From: Thermoflexales bacterium
GTDB lineage: Bacteria > Chloroflexota > Anaerolineae > Fen-1058
NCBI GenBank assembly: GCA_041738395.1
Contig: JBGSPW010000064.1
Span: forward strand, 64,001 to 98,254
Direction: 5' to 3'
DNA: 34,254 bases
The position numbers and the translations under genes are program-made. The notes under the pieces were generated by a model. That model had not been told where the DNA came from and did no database searches. It was given only the letters and a program-made list of their open reading frames with translations. Below, piece by piece: positions 26,506-34,254 of this stretch (the stretch's first letter is position 1; each line of letters begins with the position of its first letter).

Positions 26506-26589
26506 GCGCGCACCTCGTACGCAATGAATCACACGCAAATGAGCGCAGGTGTGCTGCAGATCATGAAGCGGGGAAACAGAAGTGCTGAT

Positions 26590-27156
26590 CTATGCCGCAG
26601 GATGATAAACTTGTACGCCGTTTTTGTTGAGGATGATCACCGGCGCCGTCTGCTCTGGAAAGACACTGCCGGGTCTCAGGCAGAGCACAGCCGCTTCACT
26701 CACTGCCACCATCACCCCGGTCGAAGCGCCGAACAGGGTCCGCATGTGCATATCGCCGGCGAGGCGAAACGCGGCGCGGATCAAATACGGTCCGGCGTAA
26801 ATCACAGCCCGTTGACTGCTGCCCGGCATTTGCGCCGCGGCCGATCGCGCGCTGGCCTCATCGCGCGGAATGAGCGCGACAATCGCCATTTTAGGTATAG
26901 TAATCTCCGGCAGAGTTTCACTGGCCGACTGCCCTATGATAGCCCGCAGTTGAGCCTGGGTCAGCGTCAGCGTGGGCTGCGTGGGAACATTCAAGCTGCC
27001 CACCAGTGGCATATCCACCGGCTGAAGATAACCATTGATGATGTAATCCGCGGTCAGAACCTGCACGGCCCAACCGGCAGGGCGAGCAGGCTGCGCAGGG
27101 ACAGGCGCGGCGGCGGGTTTTTGCGGCGGAGTAGGTGCGGGCTTTTTACCAAACAT
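26590..27156 (-). CDS. Hypothetical protein with Pro/Ala-rich N-terminal tail
   Basis: 188 aa. The N-terminal 30 aa are PA-rich, followed by a globular region. Same strand as, and 50 nt downstream of, the HisKA-like gene. No family recognised. Confidence 0.55.
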   Translation of the reverse strand: MFGKKPAPTPPQKPAAAPVPAQPARPAGWAVQVLTADYIINGYLQPVDMPLVGSLNVPTQPTLTLTQAQLRAIIGQSASETLPEITIPKMAIVALIPRDEASARSAAAQMPGSSQRAVIYAGPYLIRAAFRLAGDMHMRTLFGASTGVMVAVSEAAVLCLRPGSVFPEQTAPVIILNKNGVQVYHPAA

Positions 27157-27206
27157 GGCGGCTAGCTCCTGTGAAAATGAATGTAGACGTTGGCTGTCGG
27201 CTCACT

Positions 27207-27872
27207 CTACGCTTTCGGCAGAGCAAACTTGATCGACGCGCCTTGGTCGGTTTCTTCGGCCGATCGAATTTCACCGCGCTGTAGCTCGACGAAAGCGCGA
27301 TTGATATAGCCTTGCATGTCCAGATCGAGTTGGGAGAAGGGCTGCACTTTTGTCCCGGCGCTGGTCACACTGAAGACAAACCAGCCCTCTTCTTCTTCAA
27401 TCGTCAACGTGACCTTCGCCTGGGGATCGACATATTGCGCCACATACAAAATGAAACCGGCCAGGATCTGACGCAGCAATGCTTCATCGGCATAGAGGTG
27501 CGACGCCGAAGTTAAAATCTGGATCTCTGTCTGGAGTGTTGTAGCCGGGTGAAATTTCCGCCAGTGCGCGAGGCTTTGTTCCACCACCGCTAGGATGTCG
27601 AGTTCCTCGGGGCTGGCCTCTTTCTCGTGCCGGTTGAGCCGCGCAATGTCGATCAAGCCATTCAGCGTCCAGAGCGCGCGCTGGCCGCTGCGATAGATCG
27701 TCCCGAGGTCTTCCCTTTGCATCTCCGCCGTGTAGGCCGCACTGCCACCGCTGAGAAGTATTTTGCTGAAGCCCGTCACATGGTTGAACGGCGTGCGCAG
27801 ATCGTGCGCCTCCGCCGAGATGAACTGCTCAAGATCGAGGTGCGTGGGAAGTTCAAGTTTGATGTTAGCCAT
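27207..27872 (-). CDS. Cytoplasmic histidine-kinase-like protein with an intact HisKA H-box but degenerate HATPase_c boxes (putative pseudo-kinase)
   Basis: 221 aa. H-box EAHDLRTPFNHVTGF. In the region aligning to the N-box (..NLL.NA.KYT) the sequence is GFILYVAQYV with no Asn. In the G1 region (DxGxG) it is TSAGTKV. No sensor or TM domain. Confidence 0.65.
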   Translation of the reverse strand: MANIKLELPTHLDLEQFISAEAHDLRTPFNHVTGFSKILLSGGSAAYTAEMQREDLGTIYRSGQRALWTLNGLIDIARLNRHEKEASPEELDILAVVEQSLAHWRKFHPATTLQTEIQILTSASHLYADEALLRQILAGFILYVAQYVDPQAKVTLTIEEEEGWFVFSVTSAGTKVQPFSQLDLDMQGYINRAFVELQRGEIRSAEETDQGASIKFALPKA

Positions 27873-27974
27873 GCGTCAGCCTCGCAGGTTTTGGGCGGCC
27901 ATTTAAGGTGTGGCTCGATCGGGATGGATGCCTACTCTATTGTATGCTTAACGATGCCAACAGGCAAATCCTGC

Positions 27975-28020
27975 CACATCAAACAAAACTGCCTGACCTC
28001 GTGTGAGATCGGGCAGTTTC
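27975..28020 (-). terminator. Candidate intrinsic terminator downstream of the diheme cytochrome c gene
   Basis: Minus-strand hairpin aaactgcc-N18-ggcagttt (27986-28019) followed by a U-rich tgtttgatg tract. Confidence 0.4.
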
Positions 28021-28043
28021 GATCGGATTACAGCTGAACCGTG

Positions 28044-28943
28044 CTACTTCAGCGTTTGCAGATAGGCGATCAAATCGGCCAGGTCTTGCGCCGACATCAG
28101 GTTGGTCAGGCCCTCGGGCATCACCGATTTGCCATTCGCCTGGAACGTTGGAGCGTCGGGAACAATGTACACATTCGGCTGCTGCATGCTTTCTCGGATG
28201 TATTGCAGAGCCGTCTTGCCCGGCTCGCGGGTGGCGGCGCGATCGGCAATGCCCGCCAATGACGGGCCTACTTTGATCTCGCCCGCTATTAAGGAATGAC
28301 AGGCCGTACAAGAAGCATTGGTCTGACTGGCCTGCTTCTCTTCTTGCGCAAACAATTTCTTACCGCGTTCGGCATCACCGGCCGGCAGTGCGGTGTTCAC
28401 ATCCGTGCCCGCTGCGTCAAACTCAACCACCTGAGCCTGACCGGCTGTCTCACCCCAGGCCGTTACAAAGTTGACGATGTCTTCCACTTGATCGGTCGTG
28501 AGCGGGCCGCCATAGGGCTGACTCCAGGTGGGCATGCGCTGCGGAAAACCACCCTGCTCGCTGGCCCACGCCGACTCGATCGGCCGGCCGGCCGCAACCG
28601 TCAAGCGGATGAAATCCTTGACCGTTCCGCCAAACCCACCGAGCATTGATTTGATCTGCGGGAAGTGCTTCGTGAACAAATCCGGGTTCAGGTTCGGGCC
28701 TTTGCCCGGAATGCCTTCGCCGTTCTTGCCGTGACACGTGGAGCAGTTACCCAGATACAGCAGCGCGCCCTGCTCAATCGATCTACCCAGGATAGCCCGT
28801 TGCTCCACCTGCATCCGGCCAGTGCCGGGTTGAGTGGGCGTCGTCTGCTGATCGGGCAAGATGCCTTCATTCAACAGCACAACGCCCGTTGCGACAAAGA
28901 GAATGATAAACAACACGGTGCCGAGGAAGATTTTGCTTTGCAT
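28044..28943 (-). CDS. Membrane-anchored diheme cytochrome c (bc-complex cytochrome c subunit, QcrC-like)
   Basis: 299 aa. N-terminal TM anchor. Two class-I heme c motifs, CSTCH and CTACH, each followed downstream by a candidate Met ligand. Immediately downstream of the cytochrome b gene. Confidence 0.85.
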   Translation of the reverse strand: MQSKIFLGTVLFIILFVATGVVLLNEGILPDQQTTPTQPGTGRMQVEQRAILGRSIEQGALLYLGNCSTCHGKNGEGIPGKGPNLNPDLFTKHFPQIKSMLGGFGGTVKDFIRLTVAAGRPIESAWASEQGGFPQRMPTWSQPYGGPLTTDQVEDIVNFVTAWGETAGQAQVVEFDAAGTDVNTALPAGDAERGKKLFAQEEKQASQTNASCTACHSLIAGEIKVGPSLAGIADRAATREPGKTALQYIRESMQQPNVYIVPDAPTFQANGKSVMPEGLTNLMSAQDLADLIAYLQTLK

Positions 28944-28962
28944 AGTTGCCTATCTCACTTTG

Positions 28963-30612
28963 TTATTCGCCACCGGCTGAGTAGGTGCTGTCTTTGCTGA
29001 CGAAGGTATCGCTGAAGAAGCCCGGCTGACCACTCACTGGATCGATCGGCTGCTCATCCCAGTGAATCGCCAGCGTGAGCTGCTTCAGGGTCGGCTCGCC
29101 CGGCAGTCCTTGCGCCTCTTCAATCTTCAATTCGGCGTACAAGTTGGTGTAACGAACTTCCTGGCCATTCAACACCTGAACGGGCGGCACCGCAGCCACC
29201 GAGGCCGCCAGCTCTTCCATGACCTTTTGCAGCTCAGGCGCATTGTCCGGCACACCGCCCATTTCGTCTTTGGTGCTCCACGTGCCCACGAGCATTTGAT
29301 CAAACGGAAGCGAGCGGAGGGGACCGGCCTGTTCGCCCGGCATATACTCAAAAGCGATTTCGATCTGCGGTGCCGTGGACACGGCGAAGCCCGGCGTGCC
29401 CATGTACGACGAGATCACCAAGATGCCGATGATGCCGAACATGGCTGCCAGCGCAAGGCGACGATCGCCATAGCGTCGGCTGGGGTTGTAGTCCAGATAC
29501 GGCCACAACATCAGGATGCCGATCAGAATCGTCGGGACGATGACGCCCCACAGGGCCTTATCGCCCAGCTTAAGCCAGCCCTGAACAAACAGGAAATACC
29601 ACGGAGCCACCGTGTGCAGCGGCGTGCTGCTCGGATTGGCCGCGTGCTCCAGCGGGGCGTGATACAGGTTCAACGCAATCGGCACCACCAGTGCGACCAT
29701 CAAAATGCCAAACCACACCATTTCGTTGGTGAAGACATCGGGCAGGAACGGCACACGCTTGTCCTGTGAGACCTTGCGCGCTGTATCCTCGCCAATCTGC
29801 TCTAGTTCCGGCGGCAGCGAGTGGCCGTATCGCACCACCTTGTAGTAGTGGACAAAGATGAACAGAATCGCCACCAGCGGCAGTGCGAAGACGTGCAGCA
29901 AGTAGAAACGCAATAGACCGGCTGCCCCCAGATCAGGCCCGCCTTTCAACAGCAGAGCGACAGCCTTACCGACCTCGGGTGGAGGAGCCGCATCGGCCAT
30001 CGACGCGCCGATTGTCACCGCCCAGTAAGCCAATTGATCCCACGGCAGCAAATAGCCGGTATACGACAGGCCAATCGTCACCAACAACAAGATAACACCC
30101 GTGGCCCACGTAAACTGGCGCGGCTTCTTATACGATCCGGTGATGAAGGTCCGGCCCATGTGCAGCCAGACCGCGACCACCATCAACTCGGCGGCTAGAC
30201 GGTGTATATCGCGCACGAACTGGCCCATGGGCACATTGCTCAAAATCTTGAGCATGTTGTTGTAAGCCACACCGGGCGCCGGCGTGTAGTAGACCATCAA
30301 GAACAAGCCGGTCATGATCTCGACAAAGAACAACAGGGTGCTGAGCATGCCCAGGCGGAACGTAGGGTAAAACTTGGTGACCGCTTCGTGATAGAACGAC
30401 GGCCAGATGTGGAAGATGGCGCTTTCTGTATGCGGCTTCACCCGTGGATTGGGTTTGCCCGCCGGATCGCCGCGCAGGATCGAGCGGAGGTCGTTGATAT
30501 TCAAGCCGGTCGTGAGGCGCGTGACCGTATCGTCGGCCCGCAGATACACGGTCCTAATCAGACCGTGTTCTTTGATCATTTTACGCCAGGTAGCGAGTGG
30601 CTCAGGAGTCAT
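28963..30612 (-). CDS. Cytochrome b (b6 + subunit IV fused type) of a bc complex, with N- and C-terminal extensions
   Basis: 549 aa. Conserved His ligands in helices, the LPWDQ and PEW-like motifs of cytochrome b6, and a subunit-IV-like C-terminal half. An extra hydrophilic tail of about 150 aa. The start overlaps the Rieske stop by 4 nt. Confidence 0.9.
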   Translation of the reverse strand: MTPEPLATWRKMIKEHGLIRTVYLRADDTVTRLTTGLNINDLRSILRGDPAGKPNPRVKPHTESAIFHIWPSFYHEAVTKFYPTFRLGMLSTLLFFVEIMTGLFLMVYYTPAPGVAYNNMLKILSNVPMGQFVRDIHRLAAELMVVAVWLHMGRTFITGSYKKPRQFTWATGVILLLVTIGLSYTGYLLPWDQLAYWAVTIGASMADAAPPPEVGKAVALLLKGGPDLGAAGLLRFYLLHVFALPLVAILFIFVHYYKVVRYGHSLPPELEQIGEDTARKVSQDKRVPFLPDVFTNEMVWFGILMVALVVPIALNLYHAPLEHAANPSSTPLHTVAPWYFLFVQGWLKLGDKALWGVIVPTILIGILMLWPYLDYNPSRRYGDRRLALAAMFGIIGILVISSYMGTPGFAVSTAPQIEIAFEYMPGEQAGPLRSLPFDQMLVGTWSTKDEMGGVPDNAPELQKVMEELAASVAAVPPVQVLNGQEVRYTNLYAELKIEEAQGLPGEPTLKQLTLAIHWDEQPIDPVSGQPGFFSDTFVSKDSTYSAGGE

Positions 30613-31229
30613 GCGGCTGGACCTCCTCGATAATAATAGCGCTTCCCCAAATCGATCTTGACCCCGGTATCGATCTTGATCACCAGGCTACCATCGGTGG
30701 GAGCCGGAATGGGTGCGCCATAATCGGGATTGCTCGCATTGTCGACAGTTTTATTCACCGGTTCACCCGTGCTGTCTGCAATGACGACCTGGAAGCGATC
30801 GAGATCGCGCGGGGCCGGGCCTTCAATATAGGTGCCATCTTCGTGATATTTCGAGCCGTGGCAAGGGCATTCGAAGCGCACGGTGGAATCGACCCAGGCA
30901 TACAAACAACCCAGGTGCACGCACACTTTATAAAGCGCCACGAGGCCCTCAGCGCCGCCGCCTTTCGCCGCAGCTTGTGGCCCGACATTGACCAGCCAGA
31001 ATTTCAAATCGGGATAGTTGACGGGCGGACTGTCGGGCGCGGGCAGCTTCTCGGCCACGGTCCCCACCGTGTACGTGCCGCCGAACTCCCCTTCATTAAA
31101 GCGCGGCATCGCAAAAGCGAACATCGCCCCGCCGGAAGCGGCGAGGAAGATGGCCATGGAGCCGGCCCAGACGTAATTCAAGAATTCTCGACGTGAGATA
31201 TTGCGGAACTGCTGTCCTGAATCAGTCAT
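30609..31229 (-). CDS. Rieske [2Fe-2S] iron-sulfur subunit of the bc complex, Tat-exported
   Basis: 206 aa. Twin-arginine motif SRREFL. Rieske boxes CVHLGC and CPCHGS. Confidence 0.9.
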   Translation of the reverse strand: MTDSGQQFRNISRREFLNYVWAGSMAIFLAASGGAMFAFAMPRFNEGEFGGTYTVGTVAEKLPAPDSPPVNYPDLKFWLVNVGPQAAAKGGGAEGLVALYKVCVHLGCLYAWVDSTVRFECPCHGSKYHEDGTYIEGPAPRDLDRFQVVIADSTGEPVNKTVDNASNPDYGAPIPAPTDGSLVIKIDTGVKIDLGKRYYYRGGPAA

Positions 31230-31511
31230 TCAGTTCAGTCCTCCTATTGGATACTTGGCAGTGTTCTTTGGGAAACGACGAGGAACGCTCATGTGAGCGA
31301 CAAACACACGTAAGGCTCTAGGCCTAATAACCCGCACTGCTACATATATCACAAACAAATTACACTGTCAACCTCAATATTTCGTAATCAGGGCTTTTCT
31401 ATTTGTTGCTCAACACTTGCTCAAGCCGCCGTCCCCGGCGCGATGAGTATGGACACCTGACTTTGGAAAAGCCCGAGGTCTGAATGACACTCAATTGCAG
31501 CCCAACGCGCC

Positions 31512-31540
31512 TTGACTTTCGCCTGTCTCACGCCGATAAT
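31512..31540 (+). promoter_or_regulatory. Sigma70-like promoter for rnd: -35 TTGACT (31512-31517), 17-nt spacer, -10 GATAAT (31535-31540)
   Basis: Near-consensus hexamers with optimal spacing. The predicted TSS is about 7 nt before ATG 31554, implying a near-leaderless transcript. Lies in the AT-richer divergent intergenic region between the Rieske gene and rnd. Confidence 0.5.
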
Positions 31541-31553
31541 ACCCTTCGACGCT

Positions 31554-32672
31554 ATGTCCCAGCCAACACTGATTACACACCCCCATCAACTGGCCGCGCT
31601 GGTCGATCGGTTGCGCGCACAACCCGTGGTCGCCATCGACACCGAATCGGATAGTCTCTACGTCTATCGCGAAAAGGTCTGCCTGATTCAACTCTCACTG
31701 CCCGACGCCGATTTCTTGATCGATCCGCTTGCCCCGATCGATCTCAGCCCGCTAGCGCCGCTCATCGCCGACGAGAAAATCGAAAAAGTCTTTCATGCGT
31801 CCGAATATGATGTGATGTGTTTGCGCCGCGACTTTGCTTTCACGTTCGCCCATCTCTATGACACCATGTGGGCGGCGCGCATCCTCGGTTGGCCGCGCGT
31901 GGGCCTGGGCGATATTTTGCAGGAACACTTCAGCGTCACGCTCGATAAGAAATGGCAGCGCCACAACTGGGGCAAACGCCCGATCGAGCCGGCGGCCCTG
32001 GCGTACGCGCAGTATGACACGCATTACTTGCTCCGCTTGCGCGAGGTGCAGCTGCGGGAACTGCAACAACGCGATCGGCTGGAGGAGGCCCACGAGGTCT
32101 TCTCCGATCTCGCCAAATCCAAATACAACGGCCATGAATTCACGCCGGACGACATCTGGCACACCAAAGGCGTGTGGGATCTAGCGGGGCGCGCGCAAGC
32201 CATTCTGCGCCAGCTGCTGATCTTGCGCGATCGTGAAGCGCGCCGGCAAAATCGACCCGCTTTCAAAGTCATCGGCGACAAGACCTTAGTGCAGCTGGCC
32301 GATCACGCCCCGCGTCAGCTGGAACAGCTGCGCGCGATTGAAGGCATGACCGAAGGACAGGTTCAACGTTACGGCCACGCCTTGCTGGAAGCCATTGCGC
32401 GCGGCCGCAAAGATCCGCCGCCGGCGCCTCCCGCCCGCACCGCGCCTGACCCTGAAGTGATGGTGCGCTACGAGAAACTACGCATGTGGCGCAAGCAAAT
32501 GGCGGCACAGCGCGGCGTCGAACCGGATGTCATCGTGAGTAATGCCGTACTGATGGAGCTCGCTCAGCGCCGGCCGCGCCACTTTGACCAGCTGCCGGCG
32601 CTGCCCTGGTTTGGCCCGTGGCGCAGGAAAACCTACGGCCCCGCCATGCTGCAAGTCATTACCGATCCCTAA
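31554..32672 (+). CDS. rnd: Ribonuclease D (DEDDy 3'-5' exonuclease domain + HRDC domain)
   Basis: Exonuclease motifs VAIDTESD, the later FHASEYDV, and AYAQYDTHYL (the Y of DEDDy). HRDC-like C-terminal region. The start is set at ATG 31554 (MSQPTL) because the ORF-track start at 31512 coincides with the -35 hexamer. Confidence 0.85.
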   Translation: MSQPTLITHPHQLAALVDRLRAQPVVAIDTESDSLYVYREKVCLIQLSLPDADFLIDPLAPIDLSPLAPLIADEKIEKVFHASEYDVMCLRRDFAFTFAHLYDTMWAARILGWPRVGLGDILQEHFSVTLDKKWQRHNWGKRPIEPAALAYAQYDTHYLLRLREVQLRELQQRDRLEEAHEVFSDLAKSKYNGHEFTPDDIWHTKGVWDLAGRAQAILRQLLILRDREARRQNRPAFKVIGDKTLVQLADHAPRQLEQLRAIEGMTEGQVQRYGHALLEAIARGRKDPPPAPPARTAPDPEVMVRYEKLRMWRKQMAAQRGVEPDVIVSNAVLMELAQRRPRHFDQLPALPWFGPWRRKTYGPAMLQVITDP

Positions 32673-32686
32673 TCCCGGAGGCCCTC

Positions 32687-34087
32687 ATGCAAATCCAATT
32701 CTGGGGTGCGGCCCGCACCGTCACCGGCACCATGCATCTGCTCACCCTCAACGGCCGGCGTTTACTGTTGGACTGCGGCCTGTTTCAAGGCAAACGCAGC
32801 CTCGCCAACGAGCGCAACAGCCAGCTGCCGTTCGATCCCCAATCGATCGATGCCTGCGTTCTCTCGCACGCCCATATCGATCATGCAGGCACGCTGCCGG
32901 TGCTCACCAAGTCCGGCTATGACGGGCCAATCTACTGCACTTCGGCCACGCGCGATCTGGCCTCGGTCATGCTGCGCGATTCGGCGCACATCCAGGAAAG
33001 TGATGCGCGTTTCCTGAACAAGCGCAACGCCGAACGTGGGCTGCCCTTCATCAAGCCCATCTACGTCGAAGCGGACGCCGTCAACTGCTTGAAGCACTTC
33101 GTCGCGTATGAGTATCATCGGGTGTTTGAGCCCCTGCCCGGTGTCACCGTCACTTTCCGCGATGCGGGACACATCCTCGGCTCGGCGGAAGTGATCGTCG
33201 ATTTCGAAGAAAATAAAAAGAAGCGCCGTCTCGTCTTCACCGGCGATCTGGGGCGCAAGCATCTGCCGGTCCTGCGCGATCCGGAAGCCGTCGATCGCGC
33301 GGATATCCTGATCACAGAAGGCACGTACGGCGGGCGGTTCCACGAACCGATCGAAGATACCCGTAATCAACTGGCGCAGATCATCATCGATACCTACGAG
33401 CGGGGCGGAATTTTGATCATTCCGGCCTTTGCCGTAGGGCGCACGCAGGAAATTGTGTACGACATGCAGCGCCTCGTCGCCGAAGATCGCATCCCGGATA
33501 TTCCGGTTTACGTCGATAGCCCGCTCGCCATCAACGTCACCGAAATTTTCCGGCTGCACCCGGAATGTTACGACGAAGAGATTTTGGATTACATCAACGC
33601 CGATCCGGATGGCAACGCCTTTGGCTGGCCGCGTTTGCGGTACGTGCGTCGCGCCGATGAATCCAAGGCGCTGAACGAATCCAAGCAGCCCAGCGTGATC
33701 ATCGCCGCGTCCGGCATGTGTGAAGCCGGGCGGGTGCTGCACCATCTCAAGCACCACATCGAAGACCCGCGCGCGACGGTGCTCTTTGTCGGGTATCAAG
33801 CCGAGTACACGCTGGGGCGCAAGATCCTGGACGGCAATGAGATCGTCAAGATTTTCGGCGACGAATACCAGGTGCGCGCCCAGATCAAGCGGCTGGCCGG
33901 CTACAGCGGCCACGGCGATCACAACGATCTGGTCGGCTTCGCGCACAACATGCTGCGCAAACCCACACAGACGTTCATCGTGCATGCCGAAATGGAATCA
34001 GCCGAAAAATTGCAGACCGGCCTGAAAGGCATCGGCTTGAAGGACGTGCACATTCCCGATCGGGGCGATAAGATCGTGATCGAGTAG
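32687..34087 (+). CDS. MBL-fold metallo-hydrolase of the beta-CASP family with an RNA-metabolising C-terminal domain
   Basis: Start ATG 32687 with a GGAGG RBS (the ORF-track start at 32618 overlaps rnd). Motif 2 HAHIDHAG plus downstream beta-CASP Asp/His motifs. About 466 aa. Sits 14 nt after the rnd stop. Confidence 0.85.
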   Translation: MQIQFWGAARTVTGTMHLLTLNGRRLLLDCGLFQGKRSLANERNSQLPFDPQSIDACVLSHAHIDHAGTLPVLTKSGYDGPIYCTSATRDLASVMLRDSAHIQESDARFLNKRNAERGLPFIKPIYVEADAVNCLKHFVAYEYHRVFEPLPGVTVTFRDAGHILGSAEVIVDFEENKKKRRLVFTGDLGRKHLPVLRDPEAVDRADILITEGTYGGRFHEPIEDTRNQLAQIIIDTYERGGILIIPAFAVGRTQEIVYDMQRLVAEDRIPDIPVYVDSPLAINVTEIFRLHPECYDEEILDYINADPDGNAFGWPRLRYVRRADESKALNESKQPSVIIAASGMCEAGRVLHHLKHHIEDPRATVLFVGYQAEYTLGRKILDGNEIVKIFGDEYQVRAQIKRLAGYSGHGDHNDLVGFAHNMLRKPTQTFIVHAEMESAEKLQTGLKGIGLKDVHIPDRGDKIVIE

Positions 34088-34190
34088 GTGCGGCTCACTC
34101 CCTCGAATGACTCGCGCAGGCCGCGCACGGGCGACACATTCAGTCGATGGAGATAACCTAGAGCCAATGCTGTTAAGATAAGGCTCGCAG

Positions 34191-34240
34191 CCCGCGTCCG
34201 CGCGGGCGATCCCACCGCGTCCGCGATGCGCGCGGCTGGG
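34191..34240. repeat. GC-rich REP-like palindromic element family B, copy 2 (cccgcgtccgcgcggg ... ccgcgtccgcgatgcgcgcggctggg)
   Basis: Shares the CCGCGTCCRCGCGG palindrome and the terminal ggctggg with copy 1. Lies downstream of the MBL gene at the window edge. Confidence 0.4.
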
Positions 34241-34254
34241 TGAGCGCTAACTAA

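Noticed and set aside
32762-33985. 407-aa minus-strand ORF antisense to the beta-CASP MBL gene
   Set aside because: The sense strand encodes clear MBL motifs (HAHIDHAG). The antisense ORF has no features and the composition typical of high-GC artefacts.

Overview
High-GC (roughly 60-63% by eye) bacterial chromosomal segment. The gene content (membrane-anchored diheme cytochrome c with a Rieske/cytochrome b complex, nrfHA, a Bat-like MoxR/DUF58/VWA cluster, few Shine-Dalgarno sites) suggests a Chloroflexota-like respiratory bacterium; this is inference. No rRNA, tRNA, CRISPR array, transposase or integrase was recognised.

Gene layout, left to right:
- Partial 3' end of a CDS, then an FGGY carbohydrate kinase.
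- Three small genes: an internally truncated GNAT, a Cys-rich hypothetical, and a Smr-domain protein.
- A minus-strand nitrite-ammonification locus: DUF4342-like protein, then Zn-ribbon protein, YwiC-like membrane protein, NrfH and NrfA. The last four are tightly coupled. The first NrfA heme motif is CxxCH and no heme-lyase genes are present.
- A 14-kb plus-strand cluster: 801-aa secreted/TM protein, ABC ATPase, ABC-2 permease, 558-aa coiled-coil membrane protein, MoxR AAA+ ATPase, a compositionally foreign low-GC PD40-like lipoprotein, DUF58, BatA-like VWA protein, double-VWA protein. This is the best candidate for an undescribed composite system.
- A stand-alone PAS-PAS-GAF sensor.
- A minus-strand TetR / ABC ATPase / ICMT-PEMT-family methyltransferase / ABC-2 permease operon, with a palindromic operator and an overlapping intrinsic terminator.
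- A hypothetical protein plus a HisKA protein whose ATP-binding boxes look degenerate (pseudo-kinase).
- A minus-strand Rieske / cytochrome b (long C-terminal extension) / diheme cytochrome c complex.
- RNase D followed by a beta-CASP MBL ribonuclease.

Several short structured intergenic repeat families are present and are not explained by the genes:
- a 60-nt twin-palindrome element (two copies);
- a roughly 100-nt hairpin repeat (three copies, each immediately upstream of a start codon);
- a GC-rich REP-like palindrome family;
- a MITE-like 118-nt element;
- a shared ACGT-rich motif upstream of three genes in the MoxR/VWA cluster.
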